Below the pieces are notes generated by a model that saw nothing but the letters and a program-made list of their open reading frames with translations, searched no databases and was not told the origin of the DNA. Below, in pieces: positions 24,379 through 39,585 of a stretch of DNA of 64,000 nucleotides. The DNA lies in assembly GCF_009914755.1 (NCBI RefSeq), contig NC_060940.1; one strand, written 5' to 3'. The position numbers and the translations under genes are program-made. Source of the stretch: the human T2T-CHM13v2.0 reference genome, Homo sapiens. The number at the start of each line of letters is the position of its first letter. Position 1 is the stretch's first letter.

Positions 24379-26369
24379 AGCATCAGCAACACAATCCATC
24401 TTAGATTCCTGACATCCAGTCTTTCGATTCTTGGGAATTGTCCTAGAATCACCCAGTTGCTTCCTGGTCAGCATATTCAATGGAGAATGAATGACTTGTT
24501 GACTATTCCACCATCAAAGAAAAATAATATTAATACCATCCAACCCCTGAAATGAGCCTATATTCTATGAAGTAAATTAGCTGAAACAAAGTCACTCTTC
24601 AAAAATGAAGTGATATCAAAAATCACCACCTTGGTTTTTGTCACTATTTTATCTTCATCACATAGTGCTGTACCTAGCACACAGTAGGCATTTAATATTT
24701 GTTTGCAAAAAATTAAGTCACTTCTATAAAAATTAATAGTGTGAGAAACCTTGGACTTTATGATGCACCATACTAGAGTAAAAGACTTGTATCTATTTTT
24801 TTTTTCTAAGAGTACATTTCTCACCTAGGGTTCTATTTCTTAATCTTGGCTGGAACCAAAGAAGTTGTTATCTGCCGTCTGATCAAGAGAGAACCCATAG
24901 TCCCTGCATGGTAATTTGTGTGCTTTTTCTTATTTATATTTGCATTACAAGAAAACATGAAATAACTGTATCTGCTAAAACTGACCGAAAGATGGATTTC
25001 AGATGTGAGCAATGGAAGTGGGATTGGCATTCATCATAGTGTAAATGCAAAAGTGCTTTTAGCCCACAAAGTACTGGGTACACTATTCTGACCTTTTTTC
25101 AAGTTTCTCAGTATTTATGGAAGAATAATTTGTAGAATAATGAATATAGTTTTCCAGTGGAGCAACAAATGCATACTATATTTCTGCTATTGTTTCTTAT
25201 TAAATATTCATATGTATATTTTGTGTTTGCTTCATAACTGGCCATTTACTGGTGCTTAACAAGCATAGGCAGTCCCGCTGAAGAGAAATAACACCAAACA
25301 ACAGTAAACAAAAAAGCAGACGAATGAAAAAAGATATCTTATTTCTGCAGCCGTTACATTTAAAAAGTGCATTTAACATTTTTAATACAGTCCATATTTC
25401 ATAAATCCCACATGTTGACATGTCCTAGAGAAAGATGGATGGGTTGACTTGGAGGTATGCTTCTATCTAGTTTTATGTGTGCATCTGGCAGAGCTAATCT
25501 TTACTTCCCTTTAGCAGAACACAAAAATGTAATTCTCTAATAACTGACATAACTGCATCATTTTCCAATATGGACTGCATTATTAAATCACAGAGACAAG
25601 CAAAACCAGAGTAGTGGGGAAGCTTGACTTCTGCTTGATATCAGACCATAAAATGCCTACTTACTGTGGCCGAAAGGAAAAAGAGCATCGACTCTCAGTG
25701 CTTGGAATTCGGAACAACTTCTGAATTCACAGCCCCAGAGTCTTGTGTGTGTGCAACAATAACCGTGTCTTTGCATTTGCATATTGCTTTAGAGTTCACA
25801 AAGCATTTTTACGGACAAGCCCATACTGAGAATCAGAGCAAGGATTGCTATTCTCTGTGTATAGTGAGAAAATAGAGGCTCAAAGAAGTTTCCAATATAG
25901 TAAGAATTATTTCTGTAGGACTTTTAAATTGTATAAATTGCTTTAACGCATGCAGTTACATTTTGCTTGTGTAACTAGGAGAATAAGTCATCTAACAGTC
26001 TTCTTCCTATCCCCAAAATACCCATTCAAAGAGAATAGGGAAAGGATTGCTTCCAGACTAAGAACTTAGGATCTTGCGAATGGTAGTTGCAAAACATACA
26101 CAGAGTCTTGGATTAGCAAAAAGTAGGGGATAAGGGTTTCAGAGAGCCGAGTCATTGTGCTTAAGCATATAGGAGGAATTTAAGGATGTTGTTGCCTCTA
26201 AGAGGGATGGAGCTGAAAGACACACAAGGGTAGGACAGATAGAAGAGAGAATGGCTGAGATATATGGTGGCGTGTATGCAAGGACTTCTAAGAGAAGTGA
26301 TAGCTAATGTTTGTGTTGCTACAATGTAAATACTTCCACTTCCCCAAGCAATATATTGTATGGTCACCA

Positions 26370-26755
26370 TGCAGGCTCATCAACAAAGATTCCGTTTCTT
26401 CCCTGCTGAGCACTGCTTGAAGTTCTTGTGATTTGAGTGAGGCCATGAGAGCAGTTCTGGCTAATGAACTATAAATGAAAGTGACAGGTGCTGGAACATT
26501 TTATTGCTGATGCAAGAGTTTCTAGAAATTTCTTATCTCTCTGATATGGTGGCTAGAAATATTTCAGATGATGGATTTTCCTTCATCCAAGATTGCTGAC
26601 AGTCTTTGAGAAGCAACACCACCCTGTCTCTTACCACCAAATCCATGATGGACATGTGATATGAGCAAGAAATAAACTTTTGTTATTCCTGGACCTTTTA
26701 GATTTTGGAGTCATTTGTTGCCACAGCATCACATGGCGCATCCTGACTGACACAT
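26370..26755 (+). mobile_element. Old MaLR LTR (MLT1-type)
   Basis: tctggctaatgaactataaatgaaagtgac...gagcaagaaataaacttttgtt...tttgttgccacagcatcaca. Confidence 0.7.
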
Positions 26756-27289
26756 GCAGTGTCCTCATGTGAACATTTTGTTTGTGTGTTGTCAAGGAAA
26801 GTCACTGTGGTTCGTGTTAGCGTCAGTTGAATTCAAAGGTAACTCAACAGCAAGAAACAGAAAGTAACAGAAATTCAGCAAGGGCAAGAAATGGAAACCT
26901 GATATATCCCATGAGAGTTTAAGGACCCTGACAATCTGCAGAAATTTTAAAAAGTGCTTTGGGCTTTTCACAAAGTATAGAAAGGGGTTTTGGAAAAACC
27001 TATTTGAAGTTTTAAGGATCAGAGAGAAATTAACAGCTAATCTTTGATAGTTCTCCCAGTACCATCTTCAAGTTAAAGAAAAGGGTAGGATTTTTTTTCC
27101 CCTATGTTAGGGGAGGAAATTAAAACTGAGATAAATAAAATGACTTGTATAAGGTCATGCAAATGCTAATAAGCAAAGCCCAGATTACTAAACCATTTGA
27201 CCACACGTGTAGTAGTGTTTCAGCCCACTCTTTTAAGAAGTTTTCAGAAAGCCAATGAGCTAATAGCTTGAATATATTACAGTTTGACC

Positions 27290-27720
27290 TTCATTTCAGC
27301 AGGACAGACAAATCATTGACAAAACGGCTGCAAGAATATCAGCCCTTTTAATAAGTTGTCCAGTAATATGATATTTTTATGATTATTCAATGAATTGATT
27401 TTTATGGAATTGGCTTTCAGTGAATTTATTTATCAGCCAGTTTTCTGAAGGGCAGCCCAACACTGTATGCCATAAATTTTCTTTGCTATAATTAACTTCA
27501 GACACTCTGTCTCCTATCTTTCCTAATTTCATCTCCCTCTCTGCCCTGTTTATATTTATTGGATGCTCTGGTATGTAATTATTAGAATTTTCCCTTTACT
27601 TTAAAAACTGTTCTTTCATCTTTGTGTGTATCATTGATTGATGACCCCATCATGACCTTAATTGCAATTTACAAACTTACTTGCTACAAAGTTAGGTTAA
27701 TTAGATTATTCACTATACAG
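27290..27720. promoter_or_regulatory. Candidate homeodomain-motif-rich element
   Basis: TGATTGAT 27635-27642, GCCATAAA ~27469, TTTTATGG, TAATTA x3; no recognisable repeat. Confidence 0.35.
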
Positions 27721-28539
27721 GTAGATTCAACATAAGTTTCCATTATCATTTTTAAAGCCAGTATCATCCACTAAACATCAATATGTCATGCGATGTTTTA
27801 GGAGCTTCAAGTAAGGTCCAGTTGTGTTATTTCAGTTAACTATGTTGTACGTCTCTGTTTAATTGTAATATTCTTTTCTGTGGAAGTAAATTCTACCTCT
27901 GGATCCTACTTAACAGTGTTCCTGGCTGTTACTAACCCTTCCTCTGATTTGACATTGGAATGGAAGCATTTTTGATGTTCTATTTATGATGTTAAATTTA
28001 CAAAGAGGTTTGAGACATTTTGAATTATCTCATAAATGTGCAATCTTGCCTCACAGTTAAATCTGATCATTTCTTTTAAAATATTATTTAAATTTTCATT
28101 GCATCATTTCTTTTATCTGTACAGTGGCATTTCTACTTCTTTATTTGTTAATCTTCTGAAATAGTCTTAATCTTTCATACTTGAAGCGCCTCTGTTTCCT
28201 CCATCCATGCAAGTAAATTTTCCTCCAGATTCAACTCCTTTCTTCTTAGGGATGTTCCTGAGAGTCCCCTGACCTTTCGAGTTACTTCTTGTCAGTGGCT
28301 GGTGTTAGATGCACAGTTCTCTAATCATGGGATATTCCACCTCAATCTGTGTACTCCTTTAAGGCATAAAAGAGCAAAATTTTCCACCGGGGGGTAGCAA
28401 CATGACAAGAAGGGAAAGAGCAGAGTTAACCTTGGGGAAAAAAATGAGACATAAGGTTGGCTGGGTAGACGAGGCAGCCAGAGAGACAGCCTCTGTTGTT
28501 CCTGACCACTGCCTTGGTTTTTAGTATTATACTTTCCAC

Positions 28540-28790
28540 TTCAATCACTGCAACCCACCGCCCTGTTGCAGGAATGAACATGTGACCCAGGTGCAGCCAA
28601 TCAGGGTTTGCTCTTCCCCTGTGTTGGTCATTGGTCCAAGGTGGACAAATGATGCAAAAGCTGGGCCAGGTAGAGAGATTTCCTGGAACCTTGCTAGTCA
28701 GGTTAGACAGCTTCAGACACGTGAACTCGGAGAAGGCCAGAATCTGTTTTTCTTTCTGGACTGTCTGAAATGTGAACTGGAAGAGGCAGG
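28540..28790 (+). mobile_element. Old MaLR LTR fragment (MLT1K/L-like)
   Basis: catgtgacccaggtgcagccaatcag...ttggtccaaggtggacaaatgatgcaaaagctgggcca. Confidence 0.5.
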
Positions 28791-29469
28791 GTGGGGAAAA
28801 AATCAACCCAAATAAAATTAGCAGTAAAGAAATCTAGATAAAAAGAGCACTGAGCTGTATGATGTTCCAGAGTCAGTTTGACTTCTTGGACGATGATTAT
28901 TTTATGATTGTATTTGATTGCGTTGTATTAAAATTATTGTTATATTTTTATTACAGTATTTCTTGTATTATTGAAAGAATAAATCAATATATAAATGTGT
29001 TGGAATTGCTGGACAGCAAACTATATACATTTTATGTGGTTGACAGAAATAAGCTACTTGAAGCTGTTGAGCTTGAGCAGAGTGACAAAAAGATGTAAAT
29101 GCTACATTAGGAGATTCAATCTAATAACAGTTTTTCAAGATGAATACACAGTGAGAGCCTAGGCAGGGCTGAAAAATACGTGGCCCATACCCTCCACCTT
29201 CCCCTCCTATGCCTGTGGCAGACATTGCTAATCAATCATGGCACTTTTACCCACTGAGTCTGAGCTGGTCTTACCATGCTTCTCAGTGAAGCGCTCCAGG
29301 CAGTGACTATAGATGATCAGAGCTGGCACACAAAATGAAACCCATTTGCTCTCCCAAGCTCACAGGCAAGGAGAATAGCCAGGAGTCTGAGCATGAATTA
29401 GATATAAGGTTCCCAAGATTGGACCTAGGTGGGGAGAGAGCAAAGGAAGGGGTAAAACCTATCGTTGAC

Positions 29470-29900
29470 AATATTAGTTTGCTTGGACTGCCATAACACA
29501 GTGCCACAGGTTGGGTGGCTAAAACAACAAACAGTTACTCTCACAGTTCTGCAGACTAGAAGTCCAGAATGAAGGTGTTGGCAAGATTGGTTCCTTCTGA
29601 GGGCTGTGAGCAAAGGGTCTGCTGCAGGCCTATCCGTGGCTTGTAGAGGGTCAGCTACATAGAGAGCCTGTGTATCTTTACATCATCTTCCGTCTATGCA
29701 TGTCTGTGTCCAAACATGCATACTCCTCTTCCTGTAAACACTCCAGTCATACTGGCTTACGGCCCACTCTGAGGACCTGACTTTAACTTGATTCCCTCTG
29801 CAAATATTCCATCTTCAAATAAAGTCACATTCTTAGATGTTGGCAGTTAAGACTTCAACGTCTTAACGTTGAATTTGCGGGGACAATTTAACACATCACA
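29470..29900 (-). mobile_element. MaLR LTR (MLT1A-C-like)
   Basis: attagtttgcttggactgccataacacagtgccacaggttgggtggctaaaacaac...ttggttccttctgagggctgtgag...aaataaagtcacattc. Confidence 0.85.
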
Positions 29901-29904
29901 CTGG

Positions 29905-30085
29905 GTGCCTACCATGAGCCAGGCATGAGCTTATATACCATTATCCACTGGAGCCTCAATGCAACCTACATACTGGGTACTTTTATTCTCCCTATTTTAC
30001 AGAGCAGGAAACTGAGGCTGAAAAATCTTAAGAACTGTAGTAAAAGTTTCACAGCTGGAGTTGCTGTATAGCAGGATTTAGATGT
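29905..30085 (-). mobile_element. MIR
   Basis: ctattttacagagcaggaaactgaggctg. Confidence 0.75.
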
Positions 30086-30562
30086 AGGCTCCTGCTGGCT
30101 AATTGACATAGTGTAAAAAGAAGGGAACTTGGTTATGGGTTAGACATAAAGGAGAAATTTTTTTTAAAAAATTAAAATCACCAAAGACTCTAGACTTCAT
30201 TTCTGGAAAAATGGTGATGTCAGTCTTCCTGCTTAATATTTCAGTGGCCCCCTATTCCCTGCAGGTTAAGATGTAAATTATTTAGCAGGAAAGTCAAGGC
30301 TGCTGATGGTCTTAGATGCCTCATTAATTCTGTCTCTAGCTTCTCTCTTCCTGGCCCCTTTGGTCCAGCAACACTGGGCAATTTATTTGCAGTCTCCACC
30401 TTAGAGAGATGGAGAGGGAGAAGGCTTGGAGAGAACAGAGGATGATGGGGAGGAACAACCTGTGCACTGGGTCTCATCCTTGTTGTTTGCAATTCTGGCT
30501 ACTTTTAGCAGTGAGCAGTATAATTACAGTTTAGTCACCTAACCTCTCTGATTCTCTCTCTT

Positions 30563-30787
30563 CCCAGCCTGGCCAACATGATGAAACCCCATCTTCACTA
30601 AAAATACAAAATTATCTGGGCATGGTGGTACGTGCTTGTAATCCCAGCTACTCCGGAGGGTGAGGCAGGAGAATCACCTGAACTTAGGAGGCAGGGAGGT
30701 TGCAGTGAGCTGAGATCGCACCACTGCACTGCAGCCTCGGTGGCAGAGTTAAACTCTGAAAATAAATAAATATAAATAAATAAATAA
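30563..30787 (+). mobile_element. 5'-truncated Alu with (TAAA)n tail, inside a MIR
   Basis: Starts at ccagcctggccaacatg; tail aataaataaataaat. Confidence 0.92.
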
Positions 30788-31119
30788 GATCATGTTTGCA
30801 GAGTCCTCAGTGCAGTGTCTAGCACTTGGCAGGTACCCATTGGCTGTATGGATAACAACCATTCAGTTTGGGATATTTGGAGTCTGACATAACCAACGGC
30901 AACCAAAGAGACGAGTTCCTTACCAAGCCAGAAACGCAAGACCAGGATGCAAGTGGCTTTCCTGGGGGGTATCAATTCTCTGTTTCTTTGCCCCTTTTCA
31001 GAGGCTTTATGTTCACCCCCAGGAGTGAACAACCATCTTCCTGCTCTGTTCCTATTTTCCATTATACTTACCAGGAGTTATGAATTGAATCAGGATGTCT
31101 TAGGCGGCTTCCCCTCCTG

Positions 31120-31640
31120 CTTTAGCAATCAATAAATTGCCATTTCTAAAGGTGAGATTGTGAATTCTTAAGTCCAATCTGCAGATATTCTAGATAACCC
31201 ATATGTCTCCTGACATTGCTGTATTCATAGATGGCTTCTCAAACCATTATTAATGATGTAATTAGTATGAATGGCTACAGTATATATCAAGCAGATCATT
31301 AAGGCAGAGGTGGGGAGGTAGCCATTTATATTAAAGATACGTTTAATGTTCTGAACCTAAGCAATAGAAAGAAAGTACTTAGCTTAGAAATCTCGCTTTG
31401 CTACACTATGGGTTTTCTTTTTTAAAGTTGTCCTAGACCTTCTTTTTGCTTGCTTAATGCTACTTTTTGTTGGAGCCCCTGGGAATTTGAATGAGTTAAT
31501 AAGGCAGATCTGTTTGTAAAAGAGTATAATCAAGTAAATCACAGCCTTTAAAATCACAGATTTCAAAATCCAATCAACTTAATTAATGTGTTGGTTCATA
31601 GACATTGTAAAAGATTTTATTTGATTGCACTAGCCGCTTT
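31120..31640. promoter_or_regulatory. Candidate conserved enhancer (homeodomain-rich)
   Basis: ATCAATAAAT, CATTATTAATG, TAATTA, TAAATCA ~31535, TTAATTAA ~31578, TTGATTG; repeat-free. Confidence 0.4.
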
Positions 31641-32783
31641 CTCTTAGACACCCATCTGCAAGAATATTTACTTATAACTTGTTGTGTAAAGGGATCTTCC
31701 TAAACGGCACACTGCCATATGTAACTGCTCAGCTTACCTTTAAGAGAAAATATTGAAGTAACACCCTCAAGCTGTTCTACTCTGTGTTCAGAACTTTTCA
31801 AAGCTAGATTTCTATCTTTGTAGTAAGTATTGAAACCTTGCCTCCCACATCCAGGCTGTTCAAATATGAGATAAAATAGTTTCTAAGAATGATAGAGTCC
31901 AAAAGTTTTCTACAGTTCTTATAGATGTTGTGAGCTGAAAATACATGGGTTAGTGAAGAGGTTTTTTTTTTTCTTTTCTCTATTATTATCTCTTTTTTCC
32001 CCCTAGGAATTAATGTCCTTTGTAGTAGCCAAAATGTTAAATGTTTTTAATAAAAGCTGAGACTTAAGTTAGAGGGGAACATCTTTACCCCAGGTACAAA
32101 TGACGTTGCTACTTGCCACGTTCCAAAGCGCAGAGGAGATGGGGAGATTGTGAAAACTGGGGAGTCACACACAAGGAGGGGGTGTTTTTTGTTCTTCTGA
32201 CAAACTGATCCTGTTAAGCATCCACTGCAGAGCGGTGGCTGCTGTGTTATGCAAGCACCTGCGATGCGCTGCAGAAGAAGAGAGGCATCTGATGCTCGAC
32301 CGAGCAGAGCTACTGCAGACAGAAGCTGCTTCCGAGGCCCCTTCTGCTCACAGGGCATGCTTCCTGGCTTATGTGCAGTCAGCCATGCTGCAGAGGCCAG
32401 GGACCCAGGGAGCGTGGCAATAAGTATGTGTCCAGCTTTCCAAACTCTGGGTACTGTGAAGCAACTGCAGCTCTGAGCCTTGCTTAACCAGGGCTGGGGA
32501 CCTGGCAGCTTCTTCCAAAGTCACTTGACAACAGTTGCTCTGCCCTCAGTCAATGCAAGCAACCACTTGTCTACAAAAGGAGTGAGGACAGTAAAGTCTC
32601 TGCCTTCAAGGATCGTACTCTATTCTTATTATTAGTGGCTACAAACTGTTAAGTACCTACCATTTGCAAGGAACTGTGTTGATGACATGTTACATGTACA
32701 TCATCTGTTACATTATCATAAGACCTCAAATATGTTTTATTACCCCCATTTTGAAGAGATTAAAAAATAAAAAAAACTAAATT

Positions 32784-33099
<316 letters not shown>

Positions 33100-33384
33100 T
33101 TAAGTATTAAATCGTAAAACTGAGACCGCAACCCAGATCTATCTTATTCTAAAGCTTTGGTTGTTTTCATTTCAATAATTACTGTCATGTTTTAGAAAAG
33201 CAGCAAAACGTTTATTTAATATGAAATCTCCTGCAGAAACTGATACAGAGACAGATCAAACCAGGACTGCTCTGACTGAAACGGAAGGAGGAAAGTCTCA
33301 AGCTCTGACTGGACCGCCTCCTCTTTCCCTAATTCCCAGGTAGTAATTCCCAATGACTGAGCCATCACTTCAGAAAACTAGAAC

Positions 33385-33565
33385 TGTGGTTTTTCAGATG
33401 TGGTCTCCAGTCCAGCAGCGTCAGCATCACCTGAAAACTTGCTACAGACGCGTGTTCTCTATCCTCGCCGCAGGCAAACTGAGTCAGAAGCTCTAGGGTT
33501 TGGGTGTCTCTGATTTAAACAAGCCTTCGGGGGGTTGCCGAAGCATGCTTATGAGTCAAAACCAA
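33385..33565. mobile_element. MER5A-like hAT MITE
   Basis: tgtggtctccagtccagcagcgtcagcatcacctgaaaacttgctac...actgagtcagaagctctaggg...tttaaacaagcc. Confidence 0.75.
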
Positions 33566-33606
33566 GAATTTACAAAACCCATTTTAATAACAGCTGAGTT
33601 CTATAG

Positions 33607-33997
<391 letters not shown>

Positions 33998-34217
33998 TTA
34001 GTCATGCAATTTTTATTTAAGAGAAATTCTAGAAATGGATACTGTTTACTCAATGCAGCATTGGAGAATGAACGTTGACTTTATTAACCCAATAATAAAA
34101 TAAAATGATTTCTCTTGATTTGTTTGCTGTCTAGAATCACAAACCACATGGACTTGAGAAAAGTGAAAGTTATTAACGAGATTTCATGCATCAAGGATAC
34201 TGTTGACTGTCCAGTGA

Positions 34218-34528
<311 letters not shown>

Positions 34529-34637
34529 CAGTGAAGCACCTTACGTGTGTGTCACCATTGAGAAGAAAGGTTACCAAATAAATTTTGTCCCGCTATTGAT
34601 TGCAAAGGCATTCCAATTTCCAAGATATGAAAATGTA

Positions 34638-34920
34638 GGCCCAGCGCGGTGGCTCACACCTGTAATCCCAGCACTTTGAGAGGCCAAGGCAGGTAGATCA
34701 CCTGAGTTCAGGAGTTTGAGACTAGCCTGGTCTACATGGTGAAACCATGTCTCTACTAAAAATACAAAAAAATTAGCTGGGCGTGGTGGTGCTCACCTGT
34801 AATCCTAGCTGCTCAGGAGGCTGAGGCACAAGAATCGCTTGAACCCAGCAGGCAGAGGTTGCACTAAACTGAGATCGCACCACCGCACTCCAGCGTGGGC
34901 AAGCAAGTGAGACTCTATCT

Positions 34921-34951
<31 letters not shown>

Positions 34952-34968
34952 AAACCAGAAAAAAAAAG
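34638..34968 (+). mobile_element. AluS-type element
   Basis: Both arms; TSD atgaaaatgt. Confidence 0.96.
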
Positions 34969-35703
34969 AATGAAAATGTGAAGAAACGTTTGCTTTAGAA
35001 TCAGTGAAATATGGCAAAAATAAAAGAGATGCTTCCGAAATTTTGTTGCATTAGGTCACTTAGCCAATGAGGTCAGGTGTCTGTGGAAGCAAAACCGTGT
35101 CTTTGTAATCAATTTAAAATAAGACAAAATGAAAAAAAATGCTCTTGTTCATGATAATTTTTTCCACTTTCTGGTTTGATTATCTTCCATATACTGGTGA
35201 GTCTCCATACTTGGTTGTATTGTCCAAGGTGGATTTTGCCTGCAGCTTCAAAATCATCATGTCCCGCACCAAACTCATGAAGTTCCTTTACATTGTTATT
35301 GTTGACTCTGCTGTTCTTCTTGTTATTGTTGGTATACTCTTTAGCACTTCTTCCTCCTCTATCTCTAATTCTAGTACTTGGAAGGAGACTATAGAGTAGT
35401 GATTACCTGTATTTTGAGAACTGTGTTATCTGCGAAGATGTTTCAAAGTGTGGTGGGGTTATAAAGGGCTTTGATGGTGGGACAGGATGGCATTGAGTAA
35501 AGTAAGTTGAGAAGTTGACAGTTCTCCCTGGCCTTATGGGTTCATTGTGATTTCAAGAAGCCGAAAGGATATGGTTGTATCATCTGTGGGCTCCATGAAA
35601 ACTAATGATCATTTTCTAAACTTCGCATCATCTTTTCTGGCTTTTTCTATCCCTGGAATCATTAATCATGTATATTAGGTGATTTCCCTATATCTGTTTA
35701 TAG

Positions 35704-36179
<476 letters not shown>

Positions 36180-37339
36180 TGATTTGAGGTGTTTGCTTGT
36201 GTGTCTGATTTGGGGAAGACGTTCCCAGGTAATTAGTGTAAAATTTTTAATAAGCCTCATAAGCTTTACAATTATTTCCCTGGAGGACAGATTTTATTTA
36301 GGATTTAAGAACAGTAGGCAGTAGTTGTGACATTTTGAACATTTTATTTCTTTACCCAAAAAATAACTAACTTTTGTAAAACCAATGAAAAGAAATGAAA
36401 AGAAAATGAAGGACCACAATGCTTTATGGGTTTGTGTTTCTGACAGCTTAAGTCCTGCTCTTGAAAGTAGTTACACAGTTGGCAATATACAATGAATCAC
36501 TGAAGCTGTTTGAAAACTTTTTCGTTTTTTTGTGAAAATCCAAACTTGGAGGAGAAAGAGCTTACTGATGTCAACACTTAGAAAGCAATGTTCTCTTTAT
36601 ATAGTCACTTACTGTCTTGGGTTTCATTTTCGGTTCAGGGGGAAATTAAATTCCCTTGCAATTGCACTCTCTGTCTACCGAGAAATTTTATCTCCACATT
36701 GTTTTTACTTGCTGTTTGTCCTCTGGGTAAAATATTGTGTCCGTAGGGTTAGAAGTGCATTTTAGAGGTCTTTTGGTTCATCAGGCTGTTCCTTGCAGGT
36801 CAGTATTTATACTATTTCTGACCCAGATGTCTCCTGTATTCTAAGATCCTAGTAAAAAAGCTGGGGGAAGGGAGACCATTGTAAGTACACAGCAGCCTTA
36901 CTTTGTGAGCTCATGCCTTAGTTAAAAGATTAACCGAAGAATTTTATTTCACCCTATTGTGTTACCAAACATTAGAACTTATTGCTTCTAACTATATTTT
37001 TATGTCCTTTATTCATCCCTCTTTATCCCCTCCTCCCCAAAAAAGAATTATTTTAGCATCTGAATTCATTCTCCTGCCAAGCACATAGAAACCTTTAATC
37101 ACTTACTTACTGTAGGTATGGGCAGACACAGCTTTTCTGTTTCTTAAGCCTGTCCTTCCACTTAGATTGCAAATAAGTCTTCAGGGAATTGCATGTGTTC
37201 TCAAATTTGATTGTATTTTTTCCCTTATAGACACGGGTTGGTTAGAGGGATATCACAGTGGACAAGAATTCCAAAAAACCTGGCTTCAAATCTCCAATCT
37301 ATTACTGTAACATTCAGTAGATCCCATTGTTACTGAAAA

Positions 37340-37705
37340 TACTGAGTTCATTGTGAGCCACCCCTGTCTTTGAGCCTTTCCATGAAAGTGAGTCTTCTCC
37401 CACCCCATTCTTGCCCCCGTTAGCCCCATGGCTTGCTTTGACCAGTGAACTGTGAGCATAGGTGATGGATGTCACTTTCAAGTGGAAAATTTACGAGTAT
37501 GCATGTGCCTCATTTTGCTCTCTTTTCCCTCTGCAGTAAGGCCAGTGATATCTTACATATGACGGCTCTGTCAACTTGGATTTCCAGAAAAAGGAGAACG
37601 TGGAACAGATAACTTTGAGAAATGGGCTTTTAGCAAGTGGGAAAATAGGCATGTATTTTGAGCTGTGTGTTGGGTTCTTCGTGACTGCAGTGTTACTCAC
37701 CCTGT
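37340..37705 (+). mobile_element. Old MaLR LTR (MLT1J-like)
   Basis: ccatggcttgctttgaccagtgaactgtgagcataggtgatggatgtcacttt...cttcgtgactgcagtgttac. Confidence 0.65.
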
Positions 37706-38392
37706 CTTGAATGATGATGGTTAGTATTTGCAACATATACATGTCGAATTCCCGACTAGTTTGTGGAGGAAGGGAAGAGTGCCAATCCATATCCGTAAGC
37801 CCATCCTCAATCCACCAGCTTCCACCATGTAGTCCAGCACCTAATGGTTGTTTAATAAATTCTTGAAGAGCTATATTGAAATTGGTTTGTGTAATCTTGG
37901 AATAGACCCTTCAGTGGTGAAAACCAGCATTTTTCCAAAGGTTGGGTGAGATTTTAGGAGTTCTATAAGTTTCTTTTAGGTGGTTCACAGACACAGCAGG
38001 AAACAAGATTGAATCATAGGGTGGAGAAAGTTTTCCTTTTTGAGTTTTCTTTTAACACATTGTATAGCATTCAAAACAAAATTTCTCATAGCCACGTATT
38101 TCAGTGGTTACCTGTGATAACTAGAATTCCAGGAGACCAATGTGTTTATATTTGTACAGTTGCTTACCATTTATGGTTAATAATAGTAGTGTCCCACTTA
38201 TACTAGAAGTTGATTTTATAGATTTTCTTTTAAAGTAAAATGTGTTTAGCACAAAGAGTACAATAAAGGAAAATAAATAATATAGGTGGTAAGGTGAAAA
38301 TGTGAAAGCCTAAAGGTATGGTATATGATTGAAGTTGGGAGAAACACTGCTGTAAGCCTTTTGGTACCCTAAAATATTGTTATGAAAACCTA

Positions 38393-38746
<354 letters not shown>

Positions 38747-39399
38747 TTAAGGAATCATTGCTTTGGTTATCGTTTATTGTGTTGGTGTTTGCAACAGTCT
38801 TTCCTTCCTATCTAGGGATTTATCTCCATCTTGTCTGTCCCCAGTTTCCTGGGATTTCCGTATGAATAGCATATTCCAAGTGGAGAAGAAGGAGAGTGCC
38901 TAAATTCACTGTCACCTTCTGATTTAAGCTTTTTTAACCTACGTACCCACTCTCTGTTCTGTGTGAAAAGTAACTGGAACCATTTGTGTAGGTGAAAATA
39001 GCACTTAGCAGACTCAGTAGAACTCTAAATAAAAGGGATGAAGTCAGGGGTATGAAGTGAGCATGAAGTGAGAAACTTGAACAGACTCTTGCTTGCTTGT
39101 GACTGTAAGTGTTCCCTAGAATTCGTGTGGAGTCACCTGGTTCTTTGTGTCTCAGACCCTTCAACACTGTGAACGTTTTGAGGACAGGAGTTACGTCTGA
39201 TTCCCCTTCATGTTCCCCGTCCCTTCACAATTGTTTGTTGACACCAGGCGTTCTTCCAATATCCATCCATTCATTCATTAGTGACTTTCAGTTAAAGCCT
39301 ACTCATGTCTTCCATTACAGGTGCCAATGCATCCATTTTTATTATCAGTAGTGGCTACAATAATATTTGTAGCAGCTACAAATTATAGAATATGAATCA

Positions 39400-39585
39400 T
39401 GAATCCTGCTAGCACTTTATAAGAACAACTGCTTGAAGCAACTTAGCAAGGTGGCAGTATTATCTCTAAAGAGGAAAATGAAACTTAGAGTAGTTAATCT
39501 ACTTGCCCATCGATATAAGATACAGACACTAAATTTGGGTCTACCCAGTTCTGAAAACCCAGAAACCCGTTTGCCTTTTCTACCT
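39400..39585 (-). mobile_element. MIR followed by (CA)n(GA)n
   Basis: gaggaaaatgaaacttagagtagttaatctacttgccc; microsatellite at 39606-39660. Confidence 0.6.
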
